From NCBI GenBank assembly GCA_951406725.2, contig OX597815.1, positions 10,478,001-10,542,000 on the forward strand: a stretch of 64,000 nucleotides of DNA, given 5' to 3'. This document shows positions 1 to 13,007 of this stretch, one piece after another. Position numbers and translations under genes: made by a program. The notes below the pieces were generated by a model that saw only the letters and a list, made by a program, of their open reading frames with translations, did not search any database and had not been told where the DNA came from. Position 1 is the first letter of the stretch. Each line of letters starts with the position of its first letter. This DNA comes from Octopus vulgaris (Eukaryota).

Positions 1-4
1 TAAC

Positions 5-50
<46 letters not shown>

Positions 51-275
51 GGATGGGAGGGAGAGAAAAAAATAATGCTTTCACTCAGGAATGAGCTGTA
101 ATTAAGCAAATAAAATAAAGTGTTTGGTCGGCCAGAATAATAATATTTATTCAATTATTCGCCTGAGGACTGTAATAATGAAAAAAAAAAACTCCGAGTA
201 GCGACTTAACGCAGACACTGATCCAAGTAATATACAAACACACACGGACACACACGCACACGCACACACACACAT

Positions 276-405
276 TCATCACAAGGCATTGGTCGGCCCG
301 GGGCTATAGCAGAAGACACTTGCCCAAGATGCCAAGCAGTGGGACTGAACCCGGAACCATGTGGTTGGTTAGAAAGCTACTTACCGCACAGCCACTCCTG
401 CGCCT
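276..405 (-). mobile_element. SINE group C (tRNA-like head plus CORE-like block), 5' part
   Basis: Reverse complement reads GGCGCAGGAGTGGCTGTGCGGTAAGTAGC...GGTTCAGTCCCA...GGCATCTTGGGCAAGTGTCTT and matches the copy at 39077-39508. Confidence 0.85.
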
Positions 406-490
406 TATATGTATGTTGTATTAGTGTGTATGCATAAAGATATATATAGATGCCGATATATATATGAAAGTATGTGTATATGTCTTTATG

Positions 491-542
<52 letters not shown>

Positions 543-951
543 GGAGTAAACACATAAATGTGAAACAAGGTGGAAAAAAGAGTACTCAAATACCAGTGGT
601 AGAGTAATATAAAAAAAAACTCCGAGTAGCGACTTACGCAGACACTGATCTAAGTAATATACAAATACATACACACACACACGAACACGAACTCGTGCAC
701 ACACCTTCATCTATGTGTGTAAGTGAATGGATAATCGTCTTTGAAACTTGAGACTTATGATCTGAATCAGATGTTTATCTCCCCATTAAGTGCGCTGCAG
801 AGAGAAAAAAGGGAACATGTAGGATCTCGATGGGGATTGTGAATTTGGTCGGCATGAGACGATGGAATTTAAACGTTTCTTTTTAATCAGTCGGAAAATT
901 AAAACAGTCACATTCCAAAACACTGTTGTAAGATAGCCTCGACATTAACCC

Positions 952-1257
952 TCTTCTTCTTCTTCTTCTTCTTCTTCTTCTTCTTCTTCTTCTTCTTCTT
1001 CTTCTTCTTCTTCTTCTTCTTCTTCTTCTTCTTCTTCTTCTTCATCATCATTATCATCATCATCATCGTCATCATGACCATCATCATCGTCATCATCGTC
1101 ATCGTCATCATCATCATGACCATCATCATCATCATCATCATCATCGTCATCATCATCGTCATCGTCATCATCGTCATCGTAATCATCACCATCATCACCA
1201 TCATCACCATCATCATCATCATCATCATCATCATCACCATCACCATCATCATCATCA

Positions 1258-1293
<36 letters not shown>

Positions 1294-1336
1294 TCATCAT
1301 CATCATCGTCATCATCATCATCATCATCATCATCAT
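952..1336. repeat. (CTT)n then (CAT/CGT)n microsatellite
   Basis: Trinucleotide tracts that produce the poly-D/E/M/K ORFs. Confidence 0.97.
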
Positions 1337-1442
1337 GACCAGCGTAATGTGAAACAGAGGCGTCGTTAAGGAATCCTGCTTCTGTATCTGTGCAACCGCC
1401 TAAACCATATTTCACGTGCTCGTTCGACAACGGCTGCATTCC

Positions 1443-1524
<82 letters not shown>

Positions 1525-2144
1525 ATAAACAACTCAAATAACGCGCAGTCTTAAGTAAACAAATATGACAAAATTTGTTGTAGGCACAAAGCAATAATAA
1601 TTTAATTCAGAGCCCAATATATTTGCAACTGATATGAAAATGTCTTGGTGAAATATTTGTAGTCAATCTACAGAGAAGGTCGAACACAATTCCTTCAAAT
1701 AACTCATATTCTGTATTTCTGTTTAAATAATTCTGTTATTCCTTTACTGGACAATGAATGTGCCAGGGCTACACGTGCGACAGTTTGAATAATCATATCG
1801 ACCCCCAGTATAGGTTTATTAGTATGTATTCAGAGAGCTAATCTTTGAACTAATACTGCTTCCGTCGCCATTTGTAAATTTCTGTTCAGCCTGATGGCTA
1901 AACGCGACATCAGTTACCTTTCAATCAATGTTTAACTATATCAGTTAGCAACCGATGTTTGCTTGAAATGAGGTGACGTGGATATATTTTGCCCCTGGTA
2001 AAAGCTAACAAGCAGAAATCTGGTTCCAGCAAATCCTCGACATTTGATGGGTGTATTCCACCTATTGCTGATATTTTTCTGTTTCTAACATTACGTCTAT
2101 GAGGGATACTTTCTCAAGGCGAACATTGCAATTTAAAAGACTTT

Positions 2145-2228
<84 letters not shown>

Positions 2229-2280
2229 GTATATATATATAAATATATACACATACACATATGTGTGTGTAATGTGGGTG

Positions 2281-2320
<40 letters not shown>

Positions 2321-2481
2321 ATTGTATGAATAGATTTGTGAGTAGTTATATCAGTATGACCACAGCTCGTGAGCTGAAACTAGATGAATATATATATATA
2401 CATATTTTTTTTTTCTTTCTTTTTTTTTTTAATTTCATCTAGTTTCAGCTCAAGCTGTGGCCATGCTGGGGCACCGCCATT

Positions 2482-2545
<64 letters not shown>

Positions 2546-2548
<3 letters not shown>

Positions 2549-3210
2549 AAAAAAGTCAAGGTAGAAAATGCTAAAATAATTTTATAAAAACTATTTCAGT
2601 ACCGGTTGCAGTCATTGAGTCTTTTTCAACTGTAAGTATGGAAAACAATTAAATTTGGGAAAAATTAAAAGAAAAGATTCTTTTAAAAGAATATTTGCAT
2701 AGTGTTCAAATAGCATTTTCCTTGTTTCTGCCTGTTTCTGTCTCTCTTGTTTACTCTTTGTGGGTTGAAGGTCGTTGTGAATTCTTGGTAGGGAAGGAGA
2801 AGAAGAAGAAGATGCAGATGAAGGAGGAGGAGAAGAAGAAGAAGAAAAAGAAGAAGAAGAAGTAGAAAGAGAAGAGAGAATAAGAAGGAATGTAGGTAGT
2901 ATGATAGTAGTAAGGTGTTAAATGGTCAAGTGTCTTAAAACAGGCTCGTTATGGATTATAGCAGTGATTGGGACTATTTTTTAATGAATTTTTGGGAATC
3001 TCTTGAGAGTATCATTTTTAATATTTGCGTGTGTGTTTGTGTTATTCTCAGGCCGTGGTGGATATGTCGTTTGTTGTAGACGCGTTCAAAAGGGGTCTGT
3101 ATTTTGTAATAAAAAGAGTCTCTTTACTAATTCGTTGGCTCCAGGTTGTATCGTCCCTGAATTGGTAGAGGGGAAAAATCCTGAAACTTGGATTTTTGTT
3201 ATTGGCGCAG
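2546..3210 (-). mobile_element. Penelope-like element 3' fragment: GIY-YIG endonuclease C-terminus, 3' region with a degenerate HHR, ending in (TA)n
   Basis: Minus frame 3209-3048 translates CANNKNPSFRIFPLYQFRDDTTWSQRISKETLFITKYRPLLN, the R..KE..FI....P.LN end typical of PLE GIY-YIG domains. HHR-like motif at 2595-2635. Confidence 0.75.
2595..2635 (-). ncRNA. degenerate minimal hammerhead ribozyme, U3:A8 core variant
   Basis: CAG-UUGAAAA-AGAC ucaau GACU-GCAA (GAAA mutated)-CCGG-UA-CUG, with palindromic stem III ACCGGU. Confidence 0.5.
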
Positions 3211-3772
3211 AATGTTTATAATCAGGAACAAATCACAATTATAACTAAGACGGTTTCAAAACACTTACATGTTCAGAAATAGCAGTCAAAACCGATATAA
3301 AGTCATTTTCATCACTCATGTTATTTCTCTTCACGATAAAAGCTGTCTGCGGGCGACATGACAAATAGAATCCACAACTTGAAATTAACTGGTTAATTCC
3401 CTATTGCAATATCGATGTTAGGGACTTATAAAAGGACCCATTAGTGTCGTCAGGGGAATATTCCTATAGATATAAATCAATGCAAGACCTTACCTTGCGG
3501 ATAACATGTATCCCAACCGGCAAGAGAAATATGTCAACCGCTATCTACACATTCAAGTTTTGAATTCAAATGTCATGCACAGCGATTATGAGAAAAGACC
3601 GGTGAATTTGAGTCCCTGCAAAATCACCGGATATGAGTTGGGAAAATTTACAGAGGATATATTATAAAACAGGCTTTACAGCGGTTTTGACTGCTATTTC
3701 TAAACATATCGTATAAGGGTTTTGAAACCATCTTGGTTATAATTGTAACTTGTTCATAATTATAAACATTCT
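3209..3772. mobile_element. MITE/foldback-like element with ~100-bp imperfect terminal inverted repeats
   Basis: 3209-3310 (agaatgtttataatcaggaacaaatcacaattataactaagacggtttcaaaac...) is the reverse complement of about 3665-3772. No coding capacity between the repeats. Confidence 0.7.
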
Positions 3773-3810
3773 TCTTCTTCTTCTTCTTCTTCTTCTTCTT
3801 CTTCTTCTTC

Positions 3811-3881
<71 letters not shown>

Positions 3882-3884
3882 TAT

Positions 3885-4176
3885 ACTCTTAACTCTCTTT
3901 TACTTGTTTCTACTACTTATTCTATCAGTCGCTTTTTGCTGAACCGCTAAGTGACGGGGACGTAAACACACCAGCATCAGATGTCAAGCGATGGTGGGGG
4001 ACAAACACATACACAAGCAAGAAACACATACATACATACATACATACATACATACATACATACATACATACATACACACACATATATATATACGACGGGT
4101 TTCTTTTTCAGTTTCCGTCCACCAAATCCACTCACAAGGTTTTGGTCGGCCCGAGGCTGTAGTAGAAGACACTTGC
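3885..4176 (-). mobile_element. SINE group C, 5'-truncated
   Basis: Shares gaaccgctaagtgacggggacgtaaacacacc, the internal microsatellite and ccaaatccactcacaagg with 12076-12445 and 39077-39508. Confidence 0.85.
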
Positions 4177-4329
4177 TCATGGTTGGTTCAGAGGGTATAG
4201 GCAACGCGAAATACTCTCTGAACCAACCATAAGCATTAAGGCAGATGCAAATCAAATAGATGTAGAAAGTCACACAAATGCTGCTAAACATTTTACCCTC
4301 GTGCTAACGATTCTGCCAGCTCACCGCCA

Positions 4330-4394
<65 letters not shown>

Positions 4395-4415
4395 ATAATA
4401 ATAATAATAATAATG

Positions 4416-4464
<49 letters not shown>

Positions 4465-5206
4465 TAATAATTGGAAGTAGGAGAAGAAGAAGAAGAAGAA
4501 GAAGAAAGTAGAACAATTCCTAGAAGATTGATTTTAAAATGATTAAATGAGAAAGATAATTTTGTAAATCCAAATTCTTTACAAATGTTTTTTTTTTAAC
4601 TTATGTGTTTGTTGTTGTTCAGTGGCAGGAATGTTCTAATCACGCAGCCATGTGATCGATTGTCTTCCGACAGTGACTATAGAGAGTATTTTTGAAAGAA
4701 TATAGGATTGCTACACGTATAAAGAGAGTAATGTGTGAGGGGAGGGAAATGTGGCTACTATTTCTAGCGTGTTCAACGACTGGTGTTTGATATCTGTTGA
4801 CGTTATGACTTCACAGCTGCAGTGCGATTCTAACTAGATCACGTGACGAGATGTTATATGCCGCCACGTCGCTTTTTCTTTCTTTTGACATTTTCAATTT
4901 AAAAACTGGAACAAGATCCATCAAAATTTGTTGTTTTTCAATTGATATTTAATCACGTTTTTGAGATTGTAGTTAATTCCGCTTCAGACCAGTATTGCAC
5001 AATGATTATTAATCTAACGTGAACAGAAGGAGCTGGGGGTGAGGGAGTGTTCTGCGAAAACCAAGAAGATTGTTAAGATATAAACAGAAATATGTAAGGA
5101 AACTAACGGAAAACTCCACTAACCTTACATCAATGAATGTAGTCAACCAGAAGTACCTGTGCTCACGTTCTAGGAATTGTAATCTTATATTCAATTGTCA
5201 ATCCAA

Positions 5207-5438
5207 AGGCGGCGAGCTGGCAGAAACGTTAGCACGCCGGGCGAAATGCTTATCGATATTCCGTCTAACGCTACGTTCTGTGTTCAAATTCCGCCGAGGT
5301 CGACTTTACCTTTCATCCTTTCGGGGTCGATAAATCAAGTACCAGTTACGCACTGGGGTCGATGTAATCGACTTAATCCGTTTGTCTGTCCTAGTTTGTC
5401 CTCTCTGTGTTTAGCCCCTTGTGGGCAATAAAGAAATA
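5207..5438 (+). mobile_element. SINE group A, full length
   Basis: AGGCGGCGAGCTGGCAGAAACGTTAGC head, GTTCAAAT B-box-like motif, CCTTTCATCCTTTCGGGGTCGATAAA core and TAGCCCCTTGTGGG-AATAAAGAAATA tail. Older degenerate copies follow at about 5446-5870. Confidence 0.9.
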
Positions 5439-6401
5439 AGAATTACTAGCACGCTGTATTAAATGATTAGCGACATTTCTTCCAACTTTACTTCTGAGTC
5501 CAAATCTCACCGAGTTCGATTTCACCTTTTCCTCTTTCGCTGTCAAAACGGGTAAGTACCATCTGGGTACTCGGGTTGATTTAATCGACTACCCACCTCC
5601 CACAAAATTTCGGTCCTTCTGCCTATGATAGAATGGATTTTATTTGGCAACTTAAAGGCAGTGAAGAGGCGAACGCTGGACTAAAAATGTCTAGCGCCAT
5701 TTCTCCTGGGGTTTCTATTCTGAGTGTAAGTTCAACCGATGTTGAATTTGCCATTCACCCTTTCAGGAGTTCGATAAAATAACTACCCGTCTAGCAACAG
5801 GATCGATGTAACCGAGTACCCCGCTTCTCCGCCCTTCACCCTGGCCTTGTGGCTGTAGTAGAAAGAATTATATGTAGCAACCTATAACCGATCATTTGGA
5901 CCCTTCTTTTATCTTCATCAGCTTATTATATAACTCACTGTGACTGAGTACAGAGCAGAGGTCTCTGGCTGGCGATGTGTGGGTTAAAGTTAGCGCTCCA
6001 TTATACCTAGCCTGGGGCTAAACAACAACAACAATAGCGGGTTATACGTACACTACGCACACTCCACAGAAATACCCCTATAAAACTACTGATCTCTCTA
6101 AGGAAGGAGGCAGAATTTATATAATGTATTTTTTGAAGACTGCTAATAATATTGATAACAATATTCTAAACATTTTGAAAGCTATCAATAATAATCCATT
6201 CTCTTATAGGCACAAGGTCTGAAATTTTGAGGGAGGGGGCTAGTCGATTATACTGATCTTAGAGTGCAACTGGTACTTTATTTTATTGACCCCGAAAAAT
6301 GAAAAGTCAACTTCGACCTCGGTAGTATTTGAATCAAGAAAGTAAAGCTGGTAACAAATGCTGCTGGGCATAATAATGATTTCTTTTAAATGCTACTAGG
6401 A

Positions 6402-6458
6402 ATATTATTATTAATAATAATAATAATACTAATAATAATAGTAATAATAATAATAATG

Positions 6459-6525
<67 letters not shown>

Positions 6526-6586
6526 TAATAATGATAATAATAATAATAATGATAATAATGATAATAATAATAATAACAATACTAGA

Positions 6587-6621
<35 letters not shown>

Positions 6622-6682
6622 TAATAATGATAATAATAATAATAATGATAATAATGATAATAATAATAATAACAATACTAGA

Positions 6683-6729
<47 letters not shown>

Positions 6730-6838
6730 TAATAATAATAATAATAATAATAACAATAATAATAATAATAATAACAATAATAATGATAATAATAATAATA
6801 ATAATAATAATGATAATAATAATAATAACAATAATAGA

Positions 6839-6870
<32 letters not shown>

Positions 6871-6927
6871 TAATAATGATAATAATAATAATAATGATAA
6901 TAATGATAATAATAATAATAACAATAC

Positions 6928-6972
<45 letters not shown>

Positions 6973-7131
6973 TAATAATAATAATAATAATAACAATAAT
7001 AATAATAATAATAACAATAATAATAATAACAACAACAACAACAATAACAACAACAACAACAACAACAATAATAATAACAATAACAACAACATAATAATAA
7101 TAGTAATAATAATAATAGTAATAATAATAAC

Positions 7132-7172
<41 letters not shown>

Positions 7173-7248
7173 TAATAATAATAGCAATAACAACAACAAC
7201 AACAATAATAATAGCAATAAGAACAACAACAACAATAATAATAATAAT
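6402..7248. repeat. (AAT/AAC)n microsatellite with higher-order internal duplications
   Basis: About 850-bp tract with recurring aacaatactagaaata interruptions. Confidence 0.97.
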
Positions 7249-8087
7249 ATTTATAATTTAAAAACTATTGATAATAATAAAATTCTAATTAATCTGAATG
7301 TTTGTTAATTGCTTAATGGTAGAAAAAATATAAATATACGAAGACAATCAACAATATTCTTTTGAAATTCGAATCAGATTATTCCATTGGTCACCCAAAC
7401 CGCCTCAGAAGGAGAATCATTGCTGATGGCTTTGTGGAAAAGGAATTGTTTTTGTTTAAGTTAAATTAATCATTAAGTTAACATCATATCTTTTTCGTCT
7501 TTCTACATTGCATCACTTCTCTAATAATTTGTATTTACCACAATAAACAATGGGAAAAAAAAGGTGTAATTAATTTTCTAAATTTTAGGTGTTTTTGGTG
7601 GCAATAATGGCCGCCATGGATTGGTTGTCTGTTGTGACGGTGGTGCTGGTGGTGAGGATTGGAGGTGATGGTATTGGTGGTGATGGTGGCGTCTTGATAG
7701 GGAAAGCGGTGTCGTTAATGTTTGTTGTAACAGTGTTCGTGATGTTGTTCAGGATCTTGGCGTAGGTGGGGAAGCTGGTTGCGGTGGCGTTAATAGTAGT
7801 GGTATTGGTGGTGATAGGTGGCGCTCGTAATGGTGACGAGATTGTTAGTGACGACGGGACACGATCGTTATCACCACCGCTAAACGAATGAATGCAATAA
7901 AATTTTGACAAAATCTTGAGTAGTTACCAGACACTTATACATGGACACCATATTCATCACCAAATGGATTTCAAATTTAATATTTTTCTTATTCCTTTGT
8001 TACAATATTATTTTCTTCTTCTTCTTCTTCTTCTTCTTCTTCTTCTTCTTCTTCTTCTTCTTCTTCTTCTTCTTCTTCTTCTTCATC

Positions 8088-8576
8088 ATATTTTCTGAGC
8101 TTATCAAATTCTTTTGCCGAGATATGGTCACAGGGTATGCTCCTGCTGTCAATCAATAAACAGACTTGTTATGGTCTTTCACAACAATATCTGGTTTGTT
8201 TGCTTTGATGGTCGGATTTGTGCATACTGGGAAGTCCCAAAAAATAGTTACATTTTCTCCCTCAGTTACACCCTCAGGATGGTGCTTGAACCCATTTGTC
8301 AGCAGTTTTGATGTTATAATGCCGACACATTATCCATGGCCAGCTTTGTACTGTCTTAATTAGTACTCTACAGATGCTAAAACCTTACATCAGAGATTAG
8401 ATGGTCCATTGTTTCTATCCCCATAGTTGCAGTATCGGCACTTTGAGTCTACACCATTTTTAATTGGTTTGACATTGGCTTGACAGTTCTGGGTCAATAA
8501 GCTCTGATCTTGGGCAGCCAAGATAAAGCCTTCATTCTCTGCTTTTAGCCTTGAGCTCCGTAGCCACTGATGGGTG

Positions 8577-8578
<2 letters not shown>
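8088..8578 (-). pseudogene. R4/Dong-like non-LTR retrotransposon fragment (CCHC finger plus restriction-like endonuclease)
   Basis: Manual translation with stops and frameshifts: THQWLRSSRLKAENEGFILAAQDQSL...KCRYC...ETMDHLIS.C...HHPEGVTEGENVTIFWDFP...IKANKPDIVV...AKEFDKLRKY. Confidence 0.85.
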
Positions 8579-8642
<64 letters not shown>

Positions 8643-8643
<1 letters not shown>

Positions 8644-8760
8644 TTCTTCTTTCTTCAAATTTTCTTCCGTTTCTCGCCGAGTGTTTTCCGTACACCTAGG
8701 GCAGAAAAGTTCATTGTATGCATTTCCAGATTACACGCGCAAATTCACAGGCAAAATATG
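8643..8760 (-). mobile_element. LINE-type 3' end running into (AAT)n; second copy at about 19480-19550
   Basis: tttctcgccgagtgttttccgtacacctagg abuts (ATT)n at both loci. Confidence 0.6.
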
Positions 8761-8892
8761 TATTTAAAAATTGATAAATAAATAAATTCATGAATGGATG
8801 TTTTCACAGCGATAATGCTCTTCTCAGTACATTATTCGTTCCAGTAAATACGATTTTTTGCACTTCCTGTAGGGATGGTAAACCTGGTATCA

Positions 8893-8965
<73 letters not shown>

Positions 8966-9336
8966 CATCGTCATCATCTCCTGGAATTACATTCTACTAT
9001 CTAAATACGGAAGGAGATATGAGATAATATACTCTTGGATTTGCCGTTTAAAGAAAGGTTAACACAGTCTGTTGGATCAAGAATAATTCAGGGTTAAGCG
9101 ACAACATGAAAAACAATTCTTGTATTCAGCCAACAAAATCTTTCAAGGTGAATCAAAAGATCAGCCATGTTTACTTCAAATTACAGCAGAAAATTTCACT
9201 GAATAACATTCAGACATATTTCCATGTCGGAAAATATGACCAGAATGTCCTTGAACATATCTACTCAAACGCTTATAAGGGGATAAACAACATCAAATAT
9301 TTTGCCAACTGGTATAAATTTACCCGATTTACCCGA

Positions 9337-9570
9337 AGGCGGCGAGCTGGCAGAAACGTTAGCACACCGGACGAAATGCTTAGCGGTATTTCTTCTGCCG
9401 TTACGTTCTGAGTTCAAATTCCACCGAGGTCGACTTTGCCTTTCATCCTTTCGGGGGTCGATTAAATAAGTACCAGTTACGCACTGGGGTCGATATAATC
9501 GACTTAATCTGTTTGTCTGTCCTTGTTTGTCCTCTCTGTGTTTAGCCCCTTGTGGGTAGTAAAGAAATAG
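9337..9570 (+). mobile_element. SINE group A with TSD
   Basis: Full head-to-tail copy flanked by tataaatttacccga (9313-9327 and 9572-9586). Absent from the paralogous segments at 17.5 and 18.4 kb. Confidence 0.92.
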
Positions 9571-9920
9571 TTATAAATTTACCCGATTCTGCTCTCCACA
9601 TCGTCTTTATTTCATGTATTCCCATGATATATCCTTTCTGATAATAGTTATCTACTACATACTCCAAAAATTATTTTTCGTCGTGCAATGTTAGAATGTT
9701 GGACTTCTTCTGCAAGTTTTCTTACAGATTGCTGTGTTTATATCTCAACAAACAATAATACTCTTCTAGATTTTTAGCAGAAACCTCATAACCTTCATTG
9801 TTCACGTTGGAGTTAGCAACGTGAAATACAAGTTCGAAGCGGAATTATTACAATCAGAAAAATTTGATCAAATATCAATTGACGGATATGGTTCCACAAA
9901 TTAAATTGAAAATGTCTAAT

Positions 9921-9961
<41 letters not shown>

Positions 9962-10435
9962 GGAAAGAAAGAAATAGAAAGAGAAAGAACTAGAGAGAGG
10001 AAGACTGAGAACGGGAAAGAGAAAAAGATAGAAAGTGAAAGAGAAAAAGAGCAAGAAAGAATGAGAGAGAGAGAGAGAGAGTGAGAAAGAAAGGGAAAGG
10101 AAGAGAGAGAGAGAGAGGATGAGAGAGAAAGAGGGGGAAAGAAAGAGAGAGAAAAAGAGCAAGAAAGAATGAGAGAGAGAGAGAGAGAGAGTGAGTGAGA
10201 AAGAAAGGGAAAGGAAGAGAGAGAGAGGATGAGAGAGAAAGAGCGGGAAAGAAAGAGATAGAAAGAGAAAGAACTAGAGAGAGGAAGGCTGAGAACGGGA
10301 AAGAGAAAAAGAGAGAAAGTGAGAGAGAAATAGAGCAAGAAAGAATGAGAGAGAGAGAGAGAGAGTGAGAAAGAAAGGGACAGGAAGAGAGAGAGAGAGA
10401 GGATGAGAGAGAAATGGAGAGGAAGAGAGAGAACA
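9921..10435. repeat. AG-rich low-complexity tract with internal ~240-bp duplication
   Basis: gagcgggaaagaaag...gaactagagagagg recurs at about 9957 and 10241. Confidence 0.9.
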
Positions 10436-10770
10436 AGCATAAGTTATTTTGTCACGTGATCTAATTTGTAAATTATAGCGACGAACAGACTTTAACGTCA
10501 GCAGACATCACATCTTAGTGCAACTACGTGGCTAGTGAACATTCTAGAAATAATATATTACAGTCTTAAGGCATGACGACATCCTTGGGGGAGATTTTGG
10601 GAGTCGACGGGGATCAATTGGCTGGTTTGTTACCGAGAAATTTCGGTCCATAGAGTGACTATTGCCTTCGCATTAATAGATTGCTTGGTCTGGCAAATGG
10701 CCTATACTGCTAAGTGCCTTGTAGGTGTTAAAGTAATGGTCACTTTATGACTGTCCATAACTGTTAATTT

Positions 10771-10817
<47 letters not shown>

Positions 10818-10955
10818 CGGAGATGTACTTGCATAGCCGGTGACTTGATCTGAGATTGTGTGCTGGAACGAAATCAATTGCAGCATGGAAGGTGTTTATA
10901 AGCCATTTAAGAAACACACAAAAACCGTTAGATTAACTTCAACATTTAAATTTAA

Positions 10956-11006
10956 TTTGTCAGAACATTTTCGTCGCTTTGAGACTGCGACCTGTTCACT
11001 GACAAA
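10956..11006 (-). ncRNA. minimal type I hammerhead ribozyme, G3:C8 core variant (within a TA-flanked element at 10816-11020)
   Basis: UUUGUCA-GUGAACA-G-GUCGC agucucaaa GCGAC-GAA-AAUGUU-C-UGACAAA: 7-bp stem I, 5-bp stem II, UUC site. Confidence 0.65.
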
Positions 11007-11518
11007 ACTTCGTGCTGCATCTGGTATCTAAAGACCCCCTTCGGTTATAATTGATAATAGGATTGGACCTAGAAAGTTTTGGATAATTTCCAGAAATGCC
11101 TGGCCTGGTAGTGTCACGAGGTCGAATTGCCGGTTCGGCATAAACTCTAAATGCATGACAGTACTGTCCAGCCAGGACTGTCCCAAGATTTAGGCAAACC
11201 GACGAAACTGCCCTGCATCGCTCGTACTTTGCCTGAGCATCGCTGATTTCTGAAGTTATGTATAACGGCTGAAATTGCGTGTAGGACGAACTCGGCTGTT
11301 ATTGGCCGACTTCACTTGTAAAAGATTGCACTGCTCTCTTCTTTTGGCCAGGAAGCTTAGGCAGTTTTACTATACGTAGTTTTGAGGGGGGGGGTTACCA
11401 AAAGTAGCCTTAGGAAGTCTTCCCAGTTTTGGTGAAACATTTCTTGTGCGAATCTTTCTTTTTTGTTTCTACACTTTCTTCCATATTTCTGTAAACCCGT
11501 AGTGATTAATAAAGAGTC

Positions 11519-11546
11519 CATCATCATCACCACCACCACCACCACC

Positions 11547-11612
<66 letters not shown>

Positions 11613-11718
11613 GTCATCATCATCATCATCATCATCGTCATCATCATCACCACCATCATCATCATCACCACCATCATCATCACCATCATCATCATCATCA
11701 TCATCATCATCGTCATCG

Positions 11719-11763
<45 letters not shown>

Positions 11764-11785
11764 CTATTATTATTATCATTATTGT
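11519..11785. repeat. (CAT/CAC)n microsatellite
   Basis: Trinucleotide tract. Confidence 0.97.
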
Positions 11786-12075
11786 TATGCTCTATATTTT
11801 GTTCCTAGTCATTTATCTAGGATTTGTACTCCCAATTTTATGTTTATTTATGCACAAGACAGTGTATATACCAGAACTGAAATAGATTTAAGAATTTATA
11901 TAACCTCACTCTAGGTTAACTAAATAACTAAATAAGCTTGTAAATCCTTTTTCATCTATACTGCTCATGCGTAGGAAAAACACGGGAAGAAATTTCATAA
12001 CGAACAGTTTCACACCCTGTCTCTCACTCCTCAGAGAACACGTATCAAGCGCCCTCCCTCAATCTATAGCATATA

Positions 12076-12299
12076 TTACTCTTTTACTCTTTTACTCTTT
12101 TACTTGTTTCAGTCATTTGACTGCGGCCATGCTGGAGCACCGCCTTTAGTCGAGCAAATCGACCCCGGGACTTATTCTTTTTGTAAGCCCAGTACTTATT
12201 CTATCGGTTCGCTTTTTGCCGAACCGCTAAGTGACGGGGACGTAAACACACCGGCATCGGTTGTCAAGCAATGCTAGGGGTACAAACACAGACACACAA

Positions 12300-12330
<31 letters not shown>

Positions 12331-12445
12331 TATATATATATATACGACAGGCTTCTTTCAGTTTCCGTCTACCAAATCCACTCACAAGGCATTGGTCGGC
12401 CCGGGGCTATAGCAGAAGGCACTTGCCCAAGATGCCACGCAGCGG
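12076..12445 (-). mobile_element. SINE group C
   Basis: Near-identical to 39077-39508, with the head truncated. Confidence 0.9.
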
Positions 12446-12623
12446 GACCAGCCACTTATAGAGAAATAATTTTTTTAGGTTAGTACCATGGTTGCCAGCT
12501 TAATTTGCATATGTATAGTTTTGACTGCTCGTCATTCCACTCGACTGTCTTTCACCCTACCGCCATATTTAATCATATCCCGGGCAAGTACCTTTCCGTT
12601 TTATATTCCCCTACTCATCTTTG

Positions 12624-13007
12624 TGTGGTGGCGCAATGGCCCAGTGGTTAGGGCAGCGGACTCGCGGTCGTAGGATCGCGGTTTCGATTCCCAGACCGGG
12701 CGTTGTGAGTGTTTATTGAGCGAAAACACCTAAAGCTCCACGAGGCTCCGGCAGGGGATGGTGGTGATCCCTGCTGTACTCTTTCACCACAACTTTCTCT
12801 CACTCTTACTTCCTGTTTCTGTTGTACCTGTATTTCAAAGGGCCGGCCTTGTCACTTTCTGTGTCACGCTGAATATCTTCGAGAACTACGTTAAGGGTAC
12901 ACGTGCCTGTGGAGTGCTCGGCTACTTACACGTTAATTTCACGAGCAGGCTGTTCCGTTCATCGGATCAACCGGAACCCTCGTCGTCGTAACCGATGGAG
13001 TGCTTCC
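12624..13007 (+). mobile_element. SINE group B (tRNA-derived head, tail type 1)
   Basis: GGCGCAATGGCCCAGTGGTTAGGGCAGCGGACTCGCGG...GGTTTCGATTCCC (A/B boxes), ending GTCGTAACCGATGGAGTGCTTCC. Five near-identical copies in the window. Confidence 0.92.

Noticed and set aside
7585-7911. Thr/Pro-rich ORF (also 32433-32666) as a mucin-like exon
   Set aside because: Explained by decayed (GGT/GAT)n sequence, with no splice or homology support.
12500-12600. Octamer ATTTGCAT plus a PSE-like motif as an snRNA promoter
   Set aside because: No recognisable snRNA follows, and the octamer is expected by chance in AT-rich DNA.
12624-12700. tRNA genes at SINE heads (also 17171, 28204, 46634, 48211)
   Set aside because: A/B boxes are present but there is no proper acceptor stem, and the sequence continues into a repeated body and tail, usually with TSDs.
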